A stretch of DNA of 48,549 bases from an uncultured Salinarchaeum sp. (GCA_964489365.1 CAZAYR010000003.1:1-48549); one strand, 5' to 3'; positions 16,742-27,778 are shown, numbered from the stretch's first letter. A program made the numbers and translations. Notes: generated by a model not told the origin, from the sequence alone.

Positions 16742-19096
16742 ATGGCGGCGACCGACGGGGAGGTCACGTTCATCGACCACCCCCGCATCGCCCCGGACAC
16801 GATCGAGCGGCGGGCGTATCAGGACGAACTCGTCGAGACCGCCGGGAAAGGCCACACGCTCGTCTGTCTCCCCACGGGGCTCGGCAAGACGACGGTGAGC
16901 CTCCGGATCACGGCCGAACGGCTCACCGACCAGACGGAGAAGGCGCTGTTTCTGGCGCCGACCAAGCCGTTGGTCGAGCAGCACGCGGCCTTCTACCGGG
17001 ACGCCCTCACGCTTCCCGACGAGGAGGTCGTCGTCTTCACGGGCGAGGTCTCGCCCGACCAGCGGGCCAGCCAGTGGACCGACGCCCGGATCGTCATCGC
17101 GACCCCGCAGGTCATCGAGAACGACCTGATCGGGAACCGGATCTCGCTCGAGGACGTCGTGCACCTGACCTTCGACGAGTGCCATCGGGCCACGGGCGAG
17201 TATGCATATAACTTCATCGCGGAACGCTATCACGACACCGCCACCCGCCCGCTGGTGACGGGGATGAGCGCCTCCCCCGGGGGGTCGAAGGAGGCGATCC
17301 TGACCGTCTGTCGCAACCTGGGGATCGAGGAGATCGCCGTGGCCACCGAGGAGGATCCGGCCGTGGACGCCTACACGTACGACACGGATCTCGAGTGGGA
17401 AACCGTCACGCTCCCCGAGGAGATCCGGGAGATCCGCGACCGCCTCAAGGAGGTCATCGCTGATCGGCTCGAGGAACTCCAGGCGATGGACGTCGCCCGC
17501 ACGACGGATCCGGAGCTCTCCCAGCGGGAGCTCGATCGGATGCGGGGGAAGCTCCAATCGCTCATCAACGCCGGGAACCAGGACGGCTACCAGGGCATGT
17601 CGCTGCACGCTGAGGTGATGAAATTGAAGCGGGCCCTCGAGGTCGCCGAGACCCAGAGCGTCGAAAGCCTTCGGCGATATCTCCGGCGCCAGGAGGAGTC
17701 CGCCCGCTCGTCGGGCGGGTCGAAGGCCAGCGAGCGCATGGTCAGCGACCCCCGGGTGCGCCGGGCCAAGGAACTCGCCGAAGCGTACGAGGACTTACAC
17801 CCCAAGTTCGCCCAGACCCGCATCCTCGCCGCCCGCACGCTCGGCATCGGCGATGGCGAGCGGATCATCGTCTTCACGGAATCGCGCGACACGGCCGAGA
17901 TCCTCACCGAATTTCTCGACGATTCCTTCGACGCCCGTCGCTTCGTGGGGCAGGGTGACCGCGACGGGAGCGACGGCATGACCCAGCGCGAGCAACAGGA
18001 CACCCTGGACGCGTTCCGCCGGAACGAATTCGACGTCCTCGTCTCCACGTCGGTCGCCGAGGAAGGACTCGACGTGCCGGAGGTCGATCTGGTGATCTTC
18101 TTCGAACCCGTGCCCACCGCGATCCGGGCGATCCAGCGTCGCGGCCGGACGGGTCGGCACGCCCCCGGGAAGGTCGTGGTGCTCATGGCCGAGGACACCC
18201 GCGACGAGGCGTACTTCTGGATCTCCCGTCGCCGCGAGGAGGAGATGGCCGACGAGCTCGAGGCGCTCAAGGAGATGGAGGGCGACATCGAGGCCGCGCT
18301 TGGCGCCCGGCAGGGAGATCTCGAGACGTTCGCGGAGGAGGACGAGAGTGATGATGAGGACGGAGACCAGCGAGGGCTCGCGGCGTTCGAGGAGCCGCCG
18401 GCTGACGGGGAGACGGTGGTTGCTCGCGCCAGTGGGGACGAGACCATCGAGATCGTCGCCGACCAACGGGAACTCGAGGCTTCGATCGGGCGGGCACTGG
18501 CGTCCCGGGATGGTGTCGAGGTCCGTTTGGAAACGCTCGAGGTTGGCGATTACGTGCTTTCCGACCGCGTCGTCGTCGAGCGCAAGTCCGCCGAGGACTT
18601 CCTCGATACGCTCCTGGGCGGGGAGCGCTCCTTGTTCGGACAGGTCCGCGAGATGGCGACCCACTACGACCGCCCGCTCGTCATCGTCGAGGGACTCGAC
18701 CTCTTCGAACGCCGGGACGTCCACCCGAACGCCATCCGGGGGGCACTCGCCAGCCTCGTCGTCGATTTCGACGCCAGCGTGTTGTTCACCGAGGACGATA
18801 CCGGCACGACCGAGCTCCTGACGATCATCGCCGAGCGCGAGCAGGCCGAGTCCGGACGGAACGTGTCCGTGCACGGCGAGAAGGGCGGGCGGACGCTCCC
18901 GGAACAACAGGAGTATGTCATCTCCGCGATTGCGGATATCGGGCCGGTGACGGCCCGGTCGCTGCTGGAAGCGCTTGGATCCGTGGAGGCCGTCATGACG
19001 GCCAGCGGGGAGGCCTTACGGGACGTGGAGGGAGTCGGCGAGGTGACCGCCGATCGGATCCGCGAGGTCGTGGGAAGTACTTACGAGCCCGACTGA
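16742..19096 (+). CDS. hef: Hef helicase/nuclease (FANCM/XPF-family; SF2 helicase + ERCC4 nuclease + HhH2)
   Basis: Helicase motifs LPTGLGKT, DECH, SASPG and QRRGRTGR. ERCC4 motif GDYVLSDRVVVERKSAEDF. C-terminal HhH region (IGPVTARSLLEALGSVEAV...VGEVTADRI). Confidence 0.9.
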   Translation: MAATDGEVTFIDHPRIAPDTIERRAYQDELVETAGKGHTLVCLPTGLGKTTVSLRITAERLTDQTEKALFLAPTKPLVEQHAAFYRDALTLPDEEVVVFTGEVSPDQRASQWTDARIVIATPQVIENDLIGNRISLEDVVHLTFDECHRATGEYAYNFIAERYHDTATRPLVTGMSASPGGSKEAILTVCRNLGIEEIAVATEEDPAVDAYTYDTDLEWETVTLPEEIREIRDRLKEVIADRLEELQAMDVARTTDPELSQRELDRMRGKLQSLINAGNQDGYQGMSLHAEVMKLKRALEVAETQSVESLRRYLRRQEESARSSGGSKASERMVSDPRVRRAKELAEAYEDLHPKFAQTRILAARTLGIGDGERIIVFTESRDTAEILTEFLDDSFDARRFVGQGDRDGSDGMTQREQQDTLDAFRRNEFDVLVSTSVAEEGLDVPEVDLVIFFEPVPTAIRAIQRRGRTGRHAPGKVVVLMAEDTRDEAYFWISRRREEEMADELEALKEMEGDIEAALGARQGDLETFAEEDESDDEDGDQRGLAAFEEPPADGETVVARASGDETIEIVADQRELEASIGRALASRDGVEVRLETLEVGDYVLSDRVVVERKSAEDFLDTLLGGERSLFGQVREMATHYDRPLVIVEGLDLFERRDVHPNAIRGALASLVVDFDASVLFTEDDTGTTELLTIIAEREQAESGRNVSVHGEKGGRTLPEQQEYVISAIADIGPVTARSLLEALGSVEAVMTASGEALRDVEGVGEVTADRIREVVGSTYEPD

Positions 19097-19584
19097 GTGC
19101 GCCCTTCGACGATCGCGAGCGTCTCTGCGGCCGTGTGGGCCGCCTCGAGCAGTTCCGCCGCCTTACGAGGATCCTCGGCGGTTGCTGCGCGATCGGCGAG
19201 CCGGGAAATCGTCGCCTCGAGGGCCTCCCCGGCGTTGGTTTCCGGGACCTGGACGGGCTCGCGGCTGGGCGGTTCATGGGTCGTGGATTGTTTGTCCGGT
19301 GATGCAGCGTCCTGGGCGGACGTCTCCGATTCCGGTGCCTCGGCCGGTTCGGGTTCGTCCTGCTCGGCCTGGATCTCCTCGATCGTCCGTCCGCAACTCG
19401 GACAGAACTCCTCGCCTTCGTGGCGAAAGATGGGGGAGGCACACCGGTCGCAGTGGACATTGAGCATCGTCGCCCCATTGAGGAGGAGTTCGCTCATCTC
19501 CTGGGTTTCCTGCCGCCGCTCCTCTTCGCCGGCCAACTGCTCGCGCAACTTCTCGCGTTCCTCCTCCTTGTCGAACTCGCTCAT
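19081..19584 (-). CDS. zinc-ribbon protein of the Sjogren-syndrome/scleroderma autoantigen-1-like (UPF0148) type
   Basis: MLNVHCDRCASPIFRHEGEEFCPSCG follows a charged coiled region. Start set at MSEFDKEEE (CAT 19582-19584). The gene converges on and overlaps hef by 16 nt. Confidence 0.65.
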   Translation of the reverse strand: MSEFDKEEEREKLREQLAGEEERRQETQEMSELLLNGATMLNVHCDRCASPIFRHEGEEFCPSCGRTIEEIQAEQDEPEPAEAPESETSAQDAASPDKQSTTHEPPSREPVQVPETNAGEALEATISRLADRAATAEDPRKAAELLEAAHTAAETLAIVEGRTQSGS

Positions 19585-19680
19585 GCCTGTGTGTATGTGA
19601 TGGAGGGTGGAAAGCGCTTCTGACTGGATCTGCACGGGGATCCCGAAGCGGTTAATGGGGCAACGCGGCGAGGCTCACGT

Positions 19681-20595
19681 ATGGTGAAAGTGAGTGTCGT
19701 TGGCGCGGCTGGGACCGTGGGGGCGGCGACGGCGTATTCCCTGGCGCTCCGTGATGTGGTCGACGAGCTCGTCCTCGTCGACATCCCGGACATGGAGGAC
19801 GAGACGGTCGGCCAGGCCGCCGACGTCAACCACGGCGTGGCCTACGACGCCAACACGCGGGTCAGACAGGGCGATTACGCGGCGACGGCGGGCTCCGATG
19901 TCGTCGTGATCACCGCCGGCATTCCACGTTCCCCCGGCCAGACCCGGTTGGATCTCGCCGGGGACAACGCGCCGATCATGGAGGACATCAATGCGTCGCT
20001 ATCCGAACACTCCGAGGATTTCGTGACCGTGACGACCTCGAACCCCGTCGACCTGCTGAACCGCCATCTGTACGAAGTCGGCGACCGCGATCGCCACCGG
20101 GTCGTCGGATTCGGGGGGCGCCTGGATTCCGCGCGGTTTCGGTACGTCCTCTCCGAACGATTCGGCGTCCCCGTGCAAAACGTCGAGGCCACGATCCTCG
20201 GGGAGCACGGCGACGACCAAGTGCCCGTTTTTTCGAAGGTCCGAATCGACGGCCAGGACCGGTCCTTCACCGCCGGGGAGCGGGAGGAAATCCTCGAAGA
20301 ACTCCAGGAGAGCGCGATGGACGTGATCGAGCGCAAGGGCGCGACCGAATGGGGGCCGGCCCGGGGCGTTGCTCACATCGTGGAGGCCATCCTCCGGGAT
20401 ACCGGCGAGGTGCTCCCGTGTTCGATCCGACTGGAGGGCGAATACGGCCTCGATGACGTGGCCCTCGGGGTCCCCGTTCGGGTCGGTGCCAATGGCGTCG
20501 AAGAGGTGATCGAGTGGGATCTCAGCGAAGCGGAACGCTCGGGGCTCGAGGCGGCGGCGGAGAAACTTCGCGACCAGTACGACTCGCTGGACTGA
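19681..20595 (+). CDS. mdh: malate dehydrogenase (LDH-like MDH)
   Basis: Contains [33 protein letters not shown] and EHGDDQVP. Typical haloarchaeal Mdh length (304 aa). Confidence 0.93.
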   Translation: MVKVSVVGAAGTVGAATAYSLALRDVVDELVLVDIPDMEDETVGQAADVNHGVAYDANTRVRQGDYAATAGSDVVVITAGIPRSPGQTRLDLAGDNAPIMEDINASLSEHSEDFVTVTTSNPVDLLNRHLYEVGDRDRHRVVGFGGRLDSARFRYVLSERFGVPVQNVEATILGEHGDDQVPVFSKVRIDGQDRSFTAGEREEILEELQESAMDVIERKGATEWGPARGVAHIVEAILRDTGEVLPCSIRLEGEYGLDDVALGVPVRVGANGVEEVIEWDLSEAERSGLEAAAEKLRDQYDSLD

Positions 20596-20599
20596 ACGA

Positions 20600-21286
20600 T
20601 TAGTCCGCGGCGACGTGGTCGAACGGCGGGAGCTCGAGGAGCTCCTCGATCGTCTCGACGCGCTTCGCGTCGACCGCCGCCGGATCGGTCCGCCCGTGCG
20701 TAATCCAGATCGGTTCGATCCCGACCGCGAGCGCTCCGCGGACGTCGGCTTCGAGGGAGTTGCCGACGTGCCAGGTTTCGCCGGGTGCGACATCGAGCGC
20801 GCCTAGCGCACGGTCGAATGGCGCGCGGTGGGGTTTGGCGGCGACTTCGTCGGCGGCGAACACCGTCACGTCGAACCGATCCGCGATCCCGACGGCCTCC
20901 AGCTTGACCGATTGGGTCTCCCGTGGGCCGTTCGTGATCAGTCCAACGTCGTAGCGCTGTGCACAGACGTCGAGCACACGTTCGGCGCCGGGGTACAGTT
21001 CCACGTTCGCATGATCGCGTGTCTCGGAATATACGGCGGCGAGTTCGCGCCCCAGGGCCGGATCGCGTTCGTGCTCGCGGGCCAGGTGGGCGAAGCTCAA
21101 CGCCCGAACGTCCTCGATGGAATCGCCGGGCTCGACGTACTCATCGAAGATTTCGAGATACTCCTCGACACCGAAGAAGGGCTCACAGCCGACCTGCTCG
21201 AAGCTCAGCTCGAGGAGCTTTCCCGACGAGCGGCGGTACGTAAGGAGCGTGTCGTCCAGATCGAAGGTAATCGCCGCAAGCGACAT
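20600..21286 (-). CDS. HAD-superfamily hydrolase (subfamily IA-like)
   Basis: Motif I ITFDLDDTLL, motif II LITNG, and motif III/IV AKPHRAPF...HVGNSLEADVRGA. Confidence 0.85.
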   Translation of the reverse strand: MSLAAITFDLDDTLLTYRRSSGKLLELSFEQVGCEPFFGVEEYLEIFDEYVEPGDSIEDVRALSFAHLAREHERDPALGRELAAVYSETRDHANVELYPGAERVLDVCAQRYDVGLITNGPRETQSVKLEAVGIADRFDVTVFAADEVAAKPHRAPFDRALGALDVAPGETWHVGNSLEADVRGALAVGIEPIWITHGRTDPAAVDAKRVETIEELLELPPFDHVAAD

Positions 21287-21393
21287 CCGGCCATCCTTAG
21301 CGACTAAGCCTGTTTAACCGGCACGGTTGGGCCGAAAACGGGGGTCGCCTCTCGGCACGCGCCGTCGAGGGGAAGGCACGGTCGGGTTTGTCG

Positions 21394-22047
21394 TCAAACG
21401 AGCCTCGAGAATGGGGGAAGTTCGAGAAGCTCGCCGACCCGACCGATCCGGCACATCGATCTCGTCGGATCGGTGTTGCGCCTCGCCAAACCATACCGCG
21501 TCCATGCCGAGATCCAGTGTACCCTCGATATCGGCTGCGAAGGAGTCGCCGACGTGCACGGCTGCATGGGGGACGTCCCGGATCAGCGAGCACCGTTCGA
21601 ACGGGTGCGGATCGGGCTTGAACCGCAGCTCGTCAGCAGCGTACACCTCAGTATCGAAAACGGCGGCGAGCCCCGTGGCCGCCATGTTGGGGTGCTGGGC
21701 CTCGCTCGGTCCGTTCGTGATCATCCCGATGTCGCAGACACGCGCACACACCTCGAGCACACGTTCGGCCCCCGGGATACAGCTCCACCTCGGCCGGCGT
21801 ACGCCTCGCCCCAGACCTCCCCCGGCCCGCTTCGAGGTCGTGTCCCGGCTCCCGGGCGAGCGTGGTAAACGACAGTGTTCGCAACTCGTGCGGTGAATCG
21901 CCTCGTCGACGAATTCGGAGAAAACGTCGAGATACTCCCCAAACCTGAAAACCTCCTCGTGCCCGGTGCGCTCGAAACACCGATCGAGGACATCATCGGG
22001 AGACGGAGGAAGGTGTCATCGGTCGAAGGTGACTCCTCGATATTCAT
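21394..22047 (-). pseudogene. decayed tandem paralogue of the adjacent HAD hydrolase (multiple frameshifts)
   Basis: Successive pieces matching the intact neighbour lie in different frames: VTFD / DDTFL (motif I is split by an apparent 2-nt loss), EYLDVFSEFVDE, GDSPHELRTLSFTTLARE, VELYPG, AERVLEVCARVCDIGMITNG...HVGDSFAADIEG, and the final VGELLELPPF followed by TGA at 21394-21396. Confidence 0.75.
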
Positions 22048-22092
22048 GCGGGAAACCGTTTCCGGGTTCGATTGAGCGAACCGGTGCTTCAC

Positions 22093-22338
22093 TTACGGGA
22101 CGAGTTGTTCGCCGTCCTCGTCATACACCGTGATCGCGTCGACGGGGCAGACGCGGGCCGCCATCTCGGCGTCGAATTCCTCGTCGGGAGGGACCACACG
22201 GACAACCACGTCGTCATCCATGCGATCCCCGGCGACGAGGCTGGCCTTCCCGGCATCCATATCCTTCTCGAAGCCCGCCCACTCGTCCACGCACTGGAAC
22301 ATGCCGATGCACGTGTTCCGGTCGAACTCGATGCGCAT
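22093..22338 (-). CDS. small ferredoxin (single Fe-S cluster type, 81 aa)
   Basis: MRIEFDRNTCIGMFQC...ARVCPVDAI matches the CxGxxxC...CP ligand pattern of small archaeal ferredoxins. Acidic composition. Confidence 0.75.
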   Translation of the reverse strand: MRIEFDRNTCIGMFQCVDEWAGFEKDMDAGKASLVAGDRMDDDVVVRVVPPDEEFDAEMAARVCPVDAITVYDEDGEQLVP

Positions 22339-22433
22339 TGTCGCCGCTTCGGGACGTCGCTGGAAAGGTGTGACGCCAGCGACCTTGCAAGTGCCCGTCC
22401 AACGGCCTTGCTGACCGGGCCCATGGAGCCGGC

Positions 22434-23678
22434 GTGCGTCAAGTCCAGGTGGTTGTCCCCGACGAGCGCTACGATTCCATCGACGCGCTCCTCGAGGCGG
22501 AAGGGATCGACGTCGTCCGCCAGCGGGTGTGGATGGGCGACGAAGAGCTCTGGCTCCTCCAGTTTCCCGTCCCCACTGACGCGATCGGATACGTACTCGG
22601 CGAACTCGAGGAGGCCGGCCTGGACCCGGATCGGTTCACCGTGATCGAGTCGGTGGAATCGGCCAGTACGGCAGGAATGGAGGGTCTCCGCGATCGGTTC
22701 GCCGGCGATTTCGACCCGCTGACGCCGATGGAGCTCCGCTCGAAGGTCCTCGATCTGAGCCGGGACATGCGCTCGTACATCGCGATGATCCTCCTGAGCG
22801 CGGTCATCGCGACCGCGGGGCTGCTCGATGGATCTCCCGCGGTGGTCGTCGGTTCGATGGTGATCGCACCCATCGTCGGGCCGGTCCTCACGACGGCGGT
22901 CGGCATGACGACGGGCGACCGGCGCATGCTGGCCGACAGCGTCTGGTACCAAGCCGCCGGAGTCGCGGTGGCGATTGCGGTGGCCTTCACAGTGGGGATC
23001 GTCCTGCAGCTCGGGGGATTCCTCCCCTCGACGCTCGATATCGCGTCCCTCGACCTCGTCGCCGTGCGGGTCGCTCCTGGGATCCTTACCGCCGTCGTTG
23101 GGCTTGCGGCCGGCGCGGCGGCTGCCTACGGCCTGGCGACCAAAGGACCGACCGCGCTCATCGGGGTCATGATCGCCGCCGCCCTGATCCCCGCCGCGGC
23201 CACCGTCGGCATCGCGGCCGCCTGGAACCATCCCCGGATCGCCGCGGGCTCGCTGTTGCTGGTCCTGCTCACGCTCCTTCTCATCAACCTCGGGTCCACG
23301 CTCGTCCTGTGGCGGGTCGGCTACGGCTCGCCCGTGCGCGGAATCGGGCTGCCATCCCGCGGTCCAGTGGCGATCGGCCTCGTGCTGATCGTCGCCGTCG
23401 GGCTGGCATTCACCGTCGGGGCGGCCTACGACCAGGCCGCCCAGGAACGGTCGATCACCGAAGAGGTCGACGCGGTCGTGAGCGGGGCCGAACACGACGC
23501 CTTCGAGCTGGTGACCGTGCGGTCAGCGTATCAGGGCGAATGGATCGACGGCCCGGTCTCCGTCACGGTCCACGTAAGCCAGACCGGACCCGGCGATCGA
23601 GAGGCATTGGCAGCAGATCTCGAGGATCGGCTGGGGGAGGACACCCAGCTCCGGCTTCAGGTCACCGAGTACCGATAA
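22434..23678 (+). CDS. DUF389 / TIGR00341-family membrane protein
   Basis: An N-terminal soluble domain is followed by a hydrophobic core containing SYIAMILLSAVIATAGLL...VVGSMVIAPIVGP, characteristic of DUF389. Confidence 0.75.
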   Translation: MRQVQVVVPDERYDSIDALLEAEGIDVVRQRVWMGDEELWLLQFPVPTDAIGYVLGELEEAGLDPDRFTVIESVESASTAGMEGLRDRFAGDFDPLTPMELRSKVLDLSRDMRSYIAMILLSAVIATAGLLDGSPAVVVGSMVIAPIVGPVLTTAVGMTTGDRRMLADSVWYQAAGVAVAIAVAFTVGIVLQLGGFLPSTLDIASLDLVAVRVAPGILTAVVGLAAGAAAAYGLATKGPTALIGVMIAAALIPAAATVGIAAAWNHPRIAAGSLLLVLLTLLLINLGSTLVLWRVGYGSPVRGIGLPSRGPVAIGLVLIVAVGLAFTVGAAYDQAAQERSITEEVDAVVSGAEHDAFELVTVRSAYQGEWIDGPVSVTVHVSQTGPGDREALAADLEDRLGEDTQLRLQVTEYR

Positions 23679-23717
23679 CCGGGACAGCAGACGGTTTAAC
23701 ACGAGAGGGGCGTTAGA

Positions 23718-25976
23718 GTGGGTAATGCGATCCGGGTGGTCGTCGTGCAGGTAACCGACGTCCCGGCTTCCGATCGGGTCCGTGGCATCGTCGAGGACCA
23801 GGGGATTCGCGAGCTCTATCCCCCCCAGGTCGAGGCGATCGAGGCCGGCGTTCTCGACGGCGAGAACGTCGTTGCGAGCGTCCCGACCGCTAGCGGGAAG
23901 ACCTTGATGGCGGTCCTGGCAATGCTTTCGGCGATCGAACGGGGCGGGAAGGCCCTCTATATCGTGCCGCTCCGGGCGCTCGCCAGCGAAAAGCGCGAGG
24001 AGTTCCGGGCGTTCGAGGCGTACGGCATCGAGGTCGGCATCTCGACGGGGAACTACGAGAGTGCCGACGAGTGGCTGGCCAGCCGGGACCTCATCGTCGC
24101 CACGAGCGAGAAGGTCGATTCGCTCATCCGGAACGGGGCGTCCTGGATCGGGGAGCTGACCTGCGTTGTGGCCGACGAGGTGCATCTGGTCGACGACGGT
24201 AGCCGGGGGCCCACCCTCGAGGTCACCCTGGCGAAGCTCAGGCGCATCAACCCGGAGCTCCAACTGATCGCGCTGTCGGCGACGATCGGCAACGCGGACG
24301 TCATCGCGGAGTGGCTCGAGGCCGAGCTCGTCCATTCCGAGTGGCGGCCGATCGAGCTGCGCCGCGGGGTCCACTACGGCAACGCGCTGCATCTCGAAAA
24401 CGGGGATACCCGGGAGATCCCCACCGAAGGCGGAGAAGATCAGACGGCCGCAATCGTCAGGGACACGCTCGAGGAGGAGGGGTCTACGCTCGTGTTCGTC
24501 AACTCCCGGCGGAACGCCGAGGCGGCCGCGCGCCGGCTGGCGACCGTCGTCGAGGGTGCCCTCGACGAGGAAGAGCGTGATCGGCTCCGGGCGCTCGCCG
24601 CCGACCTCCGGGACGTGAGCGATACCGAGACCAGCGAGGACCTCGCTCGGGGGGTCGCGAAGGGTGCGGCATTCCATCACGCGGGGCTGTCGTCCGAGCA
24701 CAAGGCGATGGTCGAGGAGGCCTTTCGCGATCGGCTGATCAAAGTGGTCGCCGCCACGCCGACGCTCGCCGCCGGCGTGAACACGCCGAGTCGCCGGGTG
24801 ATCGTGCGGGACTGGCGTCGGTACGACAGCTCGGTCGGCGGGATGAGCCCGCTCTCGACGCTGGAGGTCCACCAGATGTTCGGCCGGGCCGGCCGCCCGG
24901 GTCTGGACCCATACGGCGAGGCCGTCCTCCTCGCGTCCAATCACGACGAGTACGAGGAGCTGTGCGAACGCTACGTCCACGCGGATCCCGAACCGGTCTT
25001 CTCGAAGCTCGCGGCCGAGCCCGCGCTCCGGACGCACGTGCTCGCGACGGTCGCGGACGGGTTCGCGACCACGCGGGGGGAACTCCTCGAGTTCCTCGAC
25101 CGGACGCTCTATGCGACCCAGACGACCGACGAGAGCCGGCTGGCGTCGGTCGTCGATCGGGTCGTCGAGTATCTCGTCGCGAACGCGTTCGTCGAGCGAA
25201 CCGGGGAGAGCCTCCATGCGACCGGCCTCGGCCACACGGTCTCGCGACTGTACCTCGACCCGATGAGCGCCGCCGAGATCCTCGACGGGCTCCAGGATGT
25301 CGATGGGGATCCCTCCGCGCTGGGCCTCTACCACCTCGTCGCGCGCACGCCGGATATGTACGAGCTGTACCTCCGCTCGGGCGATCACGAGCGATACATC
25401 GATATCCTCTATGAACGCGAAGCCGAACTCCTCGGGAGCACCCCGAGCGAGTTCGAGGACGCCGCCTTCGAGGACTGGCTGGCGGCGTTGAAGACGGCCC
25501 GGATGCTGGAGGACTGGGCCGAGGAAGTCGACGAGGGGCGCCTGACCGATCGGTACGGCATCGGGCCCGGAGATATTCGCGGGAAGGTCGATACGGCCGA
25601 GTGGTTGCTCAACGCGGCCGAGCGGCTCTCGCTCGAGCAGGACCTCGACGGCGTCGCGGGGATCCAACAGGCACGCGAACGCGTCGAACACGGGGTCAAA
25701 GAGGAACTGCTGGATCTGGTCTCCGTGCGCAACGTGGGGCGAAAGCGAGCCCGGTGGCTCCACGACGCGGGGATCGCGAACCGGACGGATCTCCGCGAGG
25801 CCGATCCCGGCCGCGTCCTCGGGGCGCTGAAGGGACGCCAGGGGACCGCCGAGAACATCCTGCGGAACGTCGGGCACCCGAACCCGTCGCTTGCGGAGGT
25901 CTCCACGACGACGGTGGAGTCCGATCGGAGCGGCGAGGAGGCCCCCGAGGACCAATCGAGCCTGGGTGATTTCTGA
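23718..25976 (+). CDS. hel308: ATP-dependent DNA helicase Hel308 (Ski2-like)
   Basis: Contains [55 protein letters not shown] and GRAGRPG, plus a C-terminal winged-helix/ratchet/HhH region. The true start may be a few codons inside the listed one. Confidence 0.92.
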   Translation: MGNAIRVVVVQVTDVPASDRVRGIVEDQGIRELYPPQVEAIEAGVLDGENVVASVPTASGKTLMAVLAMLSAIERGGKALYIVPLRALASEKREEFRAFEAYGIEVGISTGNYESADEWLASRDLIVATSEKVDSLIRNGASWIGELTCVVADEVHLVDDGSRGPTLEVTLAKLRRINPELQLIALSATIGNADVIAEWLEAELVHSEWRPIELRRGVHYGNALHLENGDTREIPTEGGEDQTAAIVRDTLEEEGSTLVFVNSRRNAEAAARRLATVVEGALDEEERDRLRALAADLRDVSDTETSEDLARGVAKGAAFHHAGLSSEHKAMVEEAFRDRLIKVVAATPTLAAGVNTPSRRVIVRDWRRYDSSVGGMSPLSTLEVHQMFGRAGRPGLDPYGEAVLLASNHDEYEELCERYVHADPEPVFSKLAAEPALRTHVLATVADGFATTRGELLEFLDRTLYATQTTDESRLASVVDRVVEYLVANAFVERTGESLHATGLGHTVSRLYLDPMSAAEILDGLQDVDGDPSALGLYHLVARTPDMYELYLRSGDHERYIDILYEREAELLGSTPSEFEDAAFEDWLAALKTARMLEDWAEEVDEGRLTDRYGIGPGDIRGKVDTAEWLLNAAERLSLEQDLDGVAGIQQARERVEHGVKEELLDLVSVRNVGRKRARWLHDAGIANRTDLREADPGRVLGALKGRQGTAENILRNVGHPNPSLAEVSTTTVESDRSGEEAPEDQSSLGDF

Positions 25977-26461
25977 TGGCCGTCATCACGATCGACGCGA
26001 GTGACGTGGACCCCGACGAGCTACTCGACGCGCTCGACGCCCTCGAAGCGGAGTACGACGTGGTCGCCCAGGCCGTCGACGCCGACTACGTCGCTGGCCC
26101 CACCCACATCGCGCGAGCCTGGGAGATGGTCGAGCGGGCGCGGAGCCGCGAGCGGATGATCGCCGACGATCCCGCAATGGAGTGGCTGCTTTACCTGGCC
26201 GGGACCCGACAGATCGACCGGGCACTGACGCTCGGCATCGGGGAGAAGACGGACGTCGGCGCGATCCTCATCCGGGGCGAACAAGCAGCGGAGGCGGCGG
26301 CTGAAATCCGCGCCTCGTGGCCGTCGGTCGACGCGCCCCTCGGGGCGACCGACACGCTCCGGGACTGGTTCGGGGTGACCGCCGCGGAGACCGGAGCGAC
26401 CACCGCCTCACTCGAAGAACTCGTCTGCGAACGGGTCGTGTTGCTGCAACTGGAGGCCTAA
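25976..26461 (+). CDS. cgi121: KEOPS complex subunit Cgi121
   Basis: 161 aa. MEWLLYLAGTRQIDRAL matches the Cgi121 signature helix. The ATG overlaps the hel308 TGA (TGATG). Confidence 0.65.
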   Translation: MAVITIDASDVDPDELLDALDALEAEYDVVAQAVDADYVAGPTHIARAWEMVERARSRERMIADDPAMEWLLYLAGTRQIDRALTLGIGEKTDVGAILIRGEQAAEAAAEIRASWPSVDAPLGATDTLRDWFGVTAAETGATTASLEELVCERVVLLQLEA

Positions 26462-26471
26462 GGCGCAGTCG

Positions 26472-27776
26472 ATGCCCGCACTGACCGATCCGGTCACGAT
26501 CGGGGACTGTCGGCTCCGGAACCGCCTCTACCGGGCGCCACTGCTCGAATGTGCGGGCAACGGGGCGGATGCCGTGGATACGCTCATCGAGGAGCTCGAG
26601 CCCGCCGCCGCGGCCGGCGCGGGCCTGATCTTTCAGGGTGCCAGCATCGTCGCGGCCGAAGGGGGCTGTGCCGCCCCCAACATGACCCGGGTACACGATC
26701 CGTCCTTCGTCGCGGAATGCCGGCGGCTGACCGAGCGCATCGAGTCCCACGGGAGCCGGATCTTCGTCCAGCTCGCCCACGGCGGGTTGCGGAGCCTGGA
26801 GGTCTGGCATCGGGAGTACCGGGAGGCCCATCCCGGGCTCCAGCAGCTGGCCCCCTCCCGGCCGCCCTGGATGCTGCGAATGCTCGATCGGCTGGGGTTT
26901 CTGGCGTTCGACGTGCACGTCTGCTCGACGCGGGAAGTCTACGAGCTCGCCGACGCCTTCGGGGAGGCCGCCGCCGCGGCCGTCGATGCCGGGTATCACG
27001 GGATCCACATCGCGGGGGCCAATATGGGGATCGTCGAGCAGTTCAGCTCGCCCCTTTACAACCGTCGGGACGACGAGTTCGGCGCGTCCGGCGAAGGCCC
27101 GCGTCCCCGATTCCTCGAGGTTCTGTACGACACGATTCGGGAGCGGATCGGCGAGGGGATCCCCATCGTGACGAAGGTGCCTGCGGAGACTGCAGCGCCG
27201 GCCGTTGTGCGGCACCTGGACTTTGCCGATGGCGTGGAGTTGGCCGAACGGTGCGCGGAGATCGGCTACGACGCGCTCGTGCCGGTCACCGGGACCGGGT
27301 TCTGGGATGCGAGCCTCGTTCGAGGTGCCTTTCCGGCCCGTGCCTGGTCGGATTCGGAGTTCCAGGACGGCTATGATGAAGCGTTTGGAGGCCGGTTCCG
27401 CCGACGCCTCGTGGCACTCGGGAATCGGTTGCAGGCTCAGGAGTTCCCTCGCGAGCCCGGTTGGAACGTCCCGTTCTGTCGGGCCGTGGCGGAGCGGGTC
27501 GACGCGCCGGTGTTGGCCGAAGGCGGCCTACGAGCACGCTCCCGGATCGATCGCATACTGACCGAAGGGGCGTGCGATCTCGTCGGGATGGCCCGGCCCT
27601 TCTATGCGGAACCGCGGCTTCCGCGACGACTCCTCGCTGATGAAGCCGCGACCGCCATCTGCGAGAGCTGCAATAACTGCGTCGTCCCGCAGGTCACCGG
27701 GGCCCCCGGCGTGTGCCGGACGCCGGCCGTACTGGAACGACGCGGCGAGCTCGAGCGCGAGGGCGTATATGAGTGA
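26472..27776 (+). CDS. NADH:flavin oxidoreductase (Old Yellow Enzyme family)
   Basis: Contains LRNRLYRAPL, FVQLAHGG, GYHGIHIAGANMGIVEQFSSPLYNRRDDEFG and DLVGMARPFYAEP. Confidence 0.8.
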   Translation: MPALTDPVTIGDCRLRNRLYRAPLLECAGNGADAVDTLIEELEPAAAAGAGLIFQGASIVAAEGGCAAPNMTRVHDPSFVAECRRLTERIESHGSRIFVQLAHGGLRSLEVWHREYREAHPGLQQLAPSRPPWMLRMLDRLGFLAFDVHVCSTREVYELADAFGEAAAAAVDAGYHGIHIAGANMGIVEQFSSPLYNRRDDEFGASGEGPRPRFLEVLYDTIRERIGEGIPIVTKVPAETAAPAVVRHLDFADGVELAERCAEIGYDALVPVTGTGFWDASLVRGAFPARAWSDSEFQDGYDEAFGGRFRRRLVALGNRLQAQEFPREPGWNVPFCRAVAERVDAPVLAEGGLRARSRIDRILTEGACDLVGMARPFYAEPRLPRRLLADEAATAICESCNNCVVPQVTGAPGVCRTPAVLERRGELEREGVYE

Positions 27777-27778
27777 GC

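Noticed and set aside
23523-25955. 810-aa reverse ORF antisense to hel308
   Set aside because: Same reasoning: it has a shadow-frame composition (R/P/G/D/L rich), while the forward strand carries all Hel308 helicase motifs.
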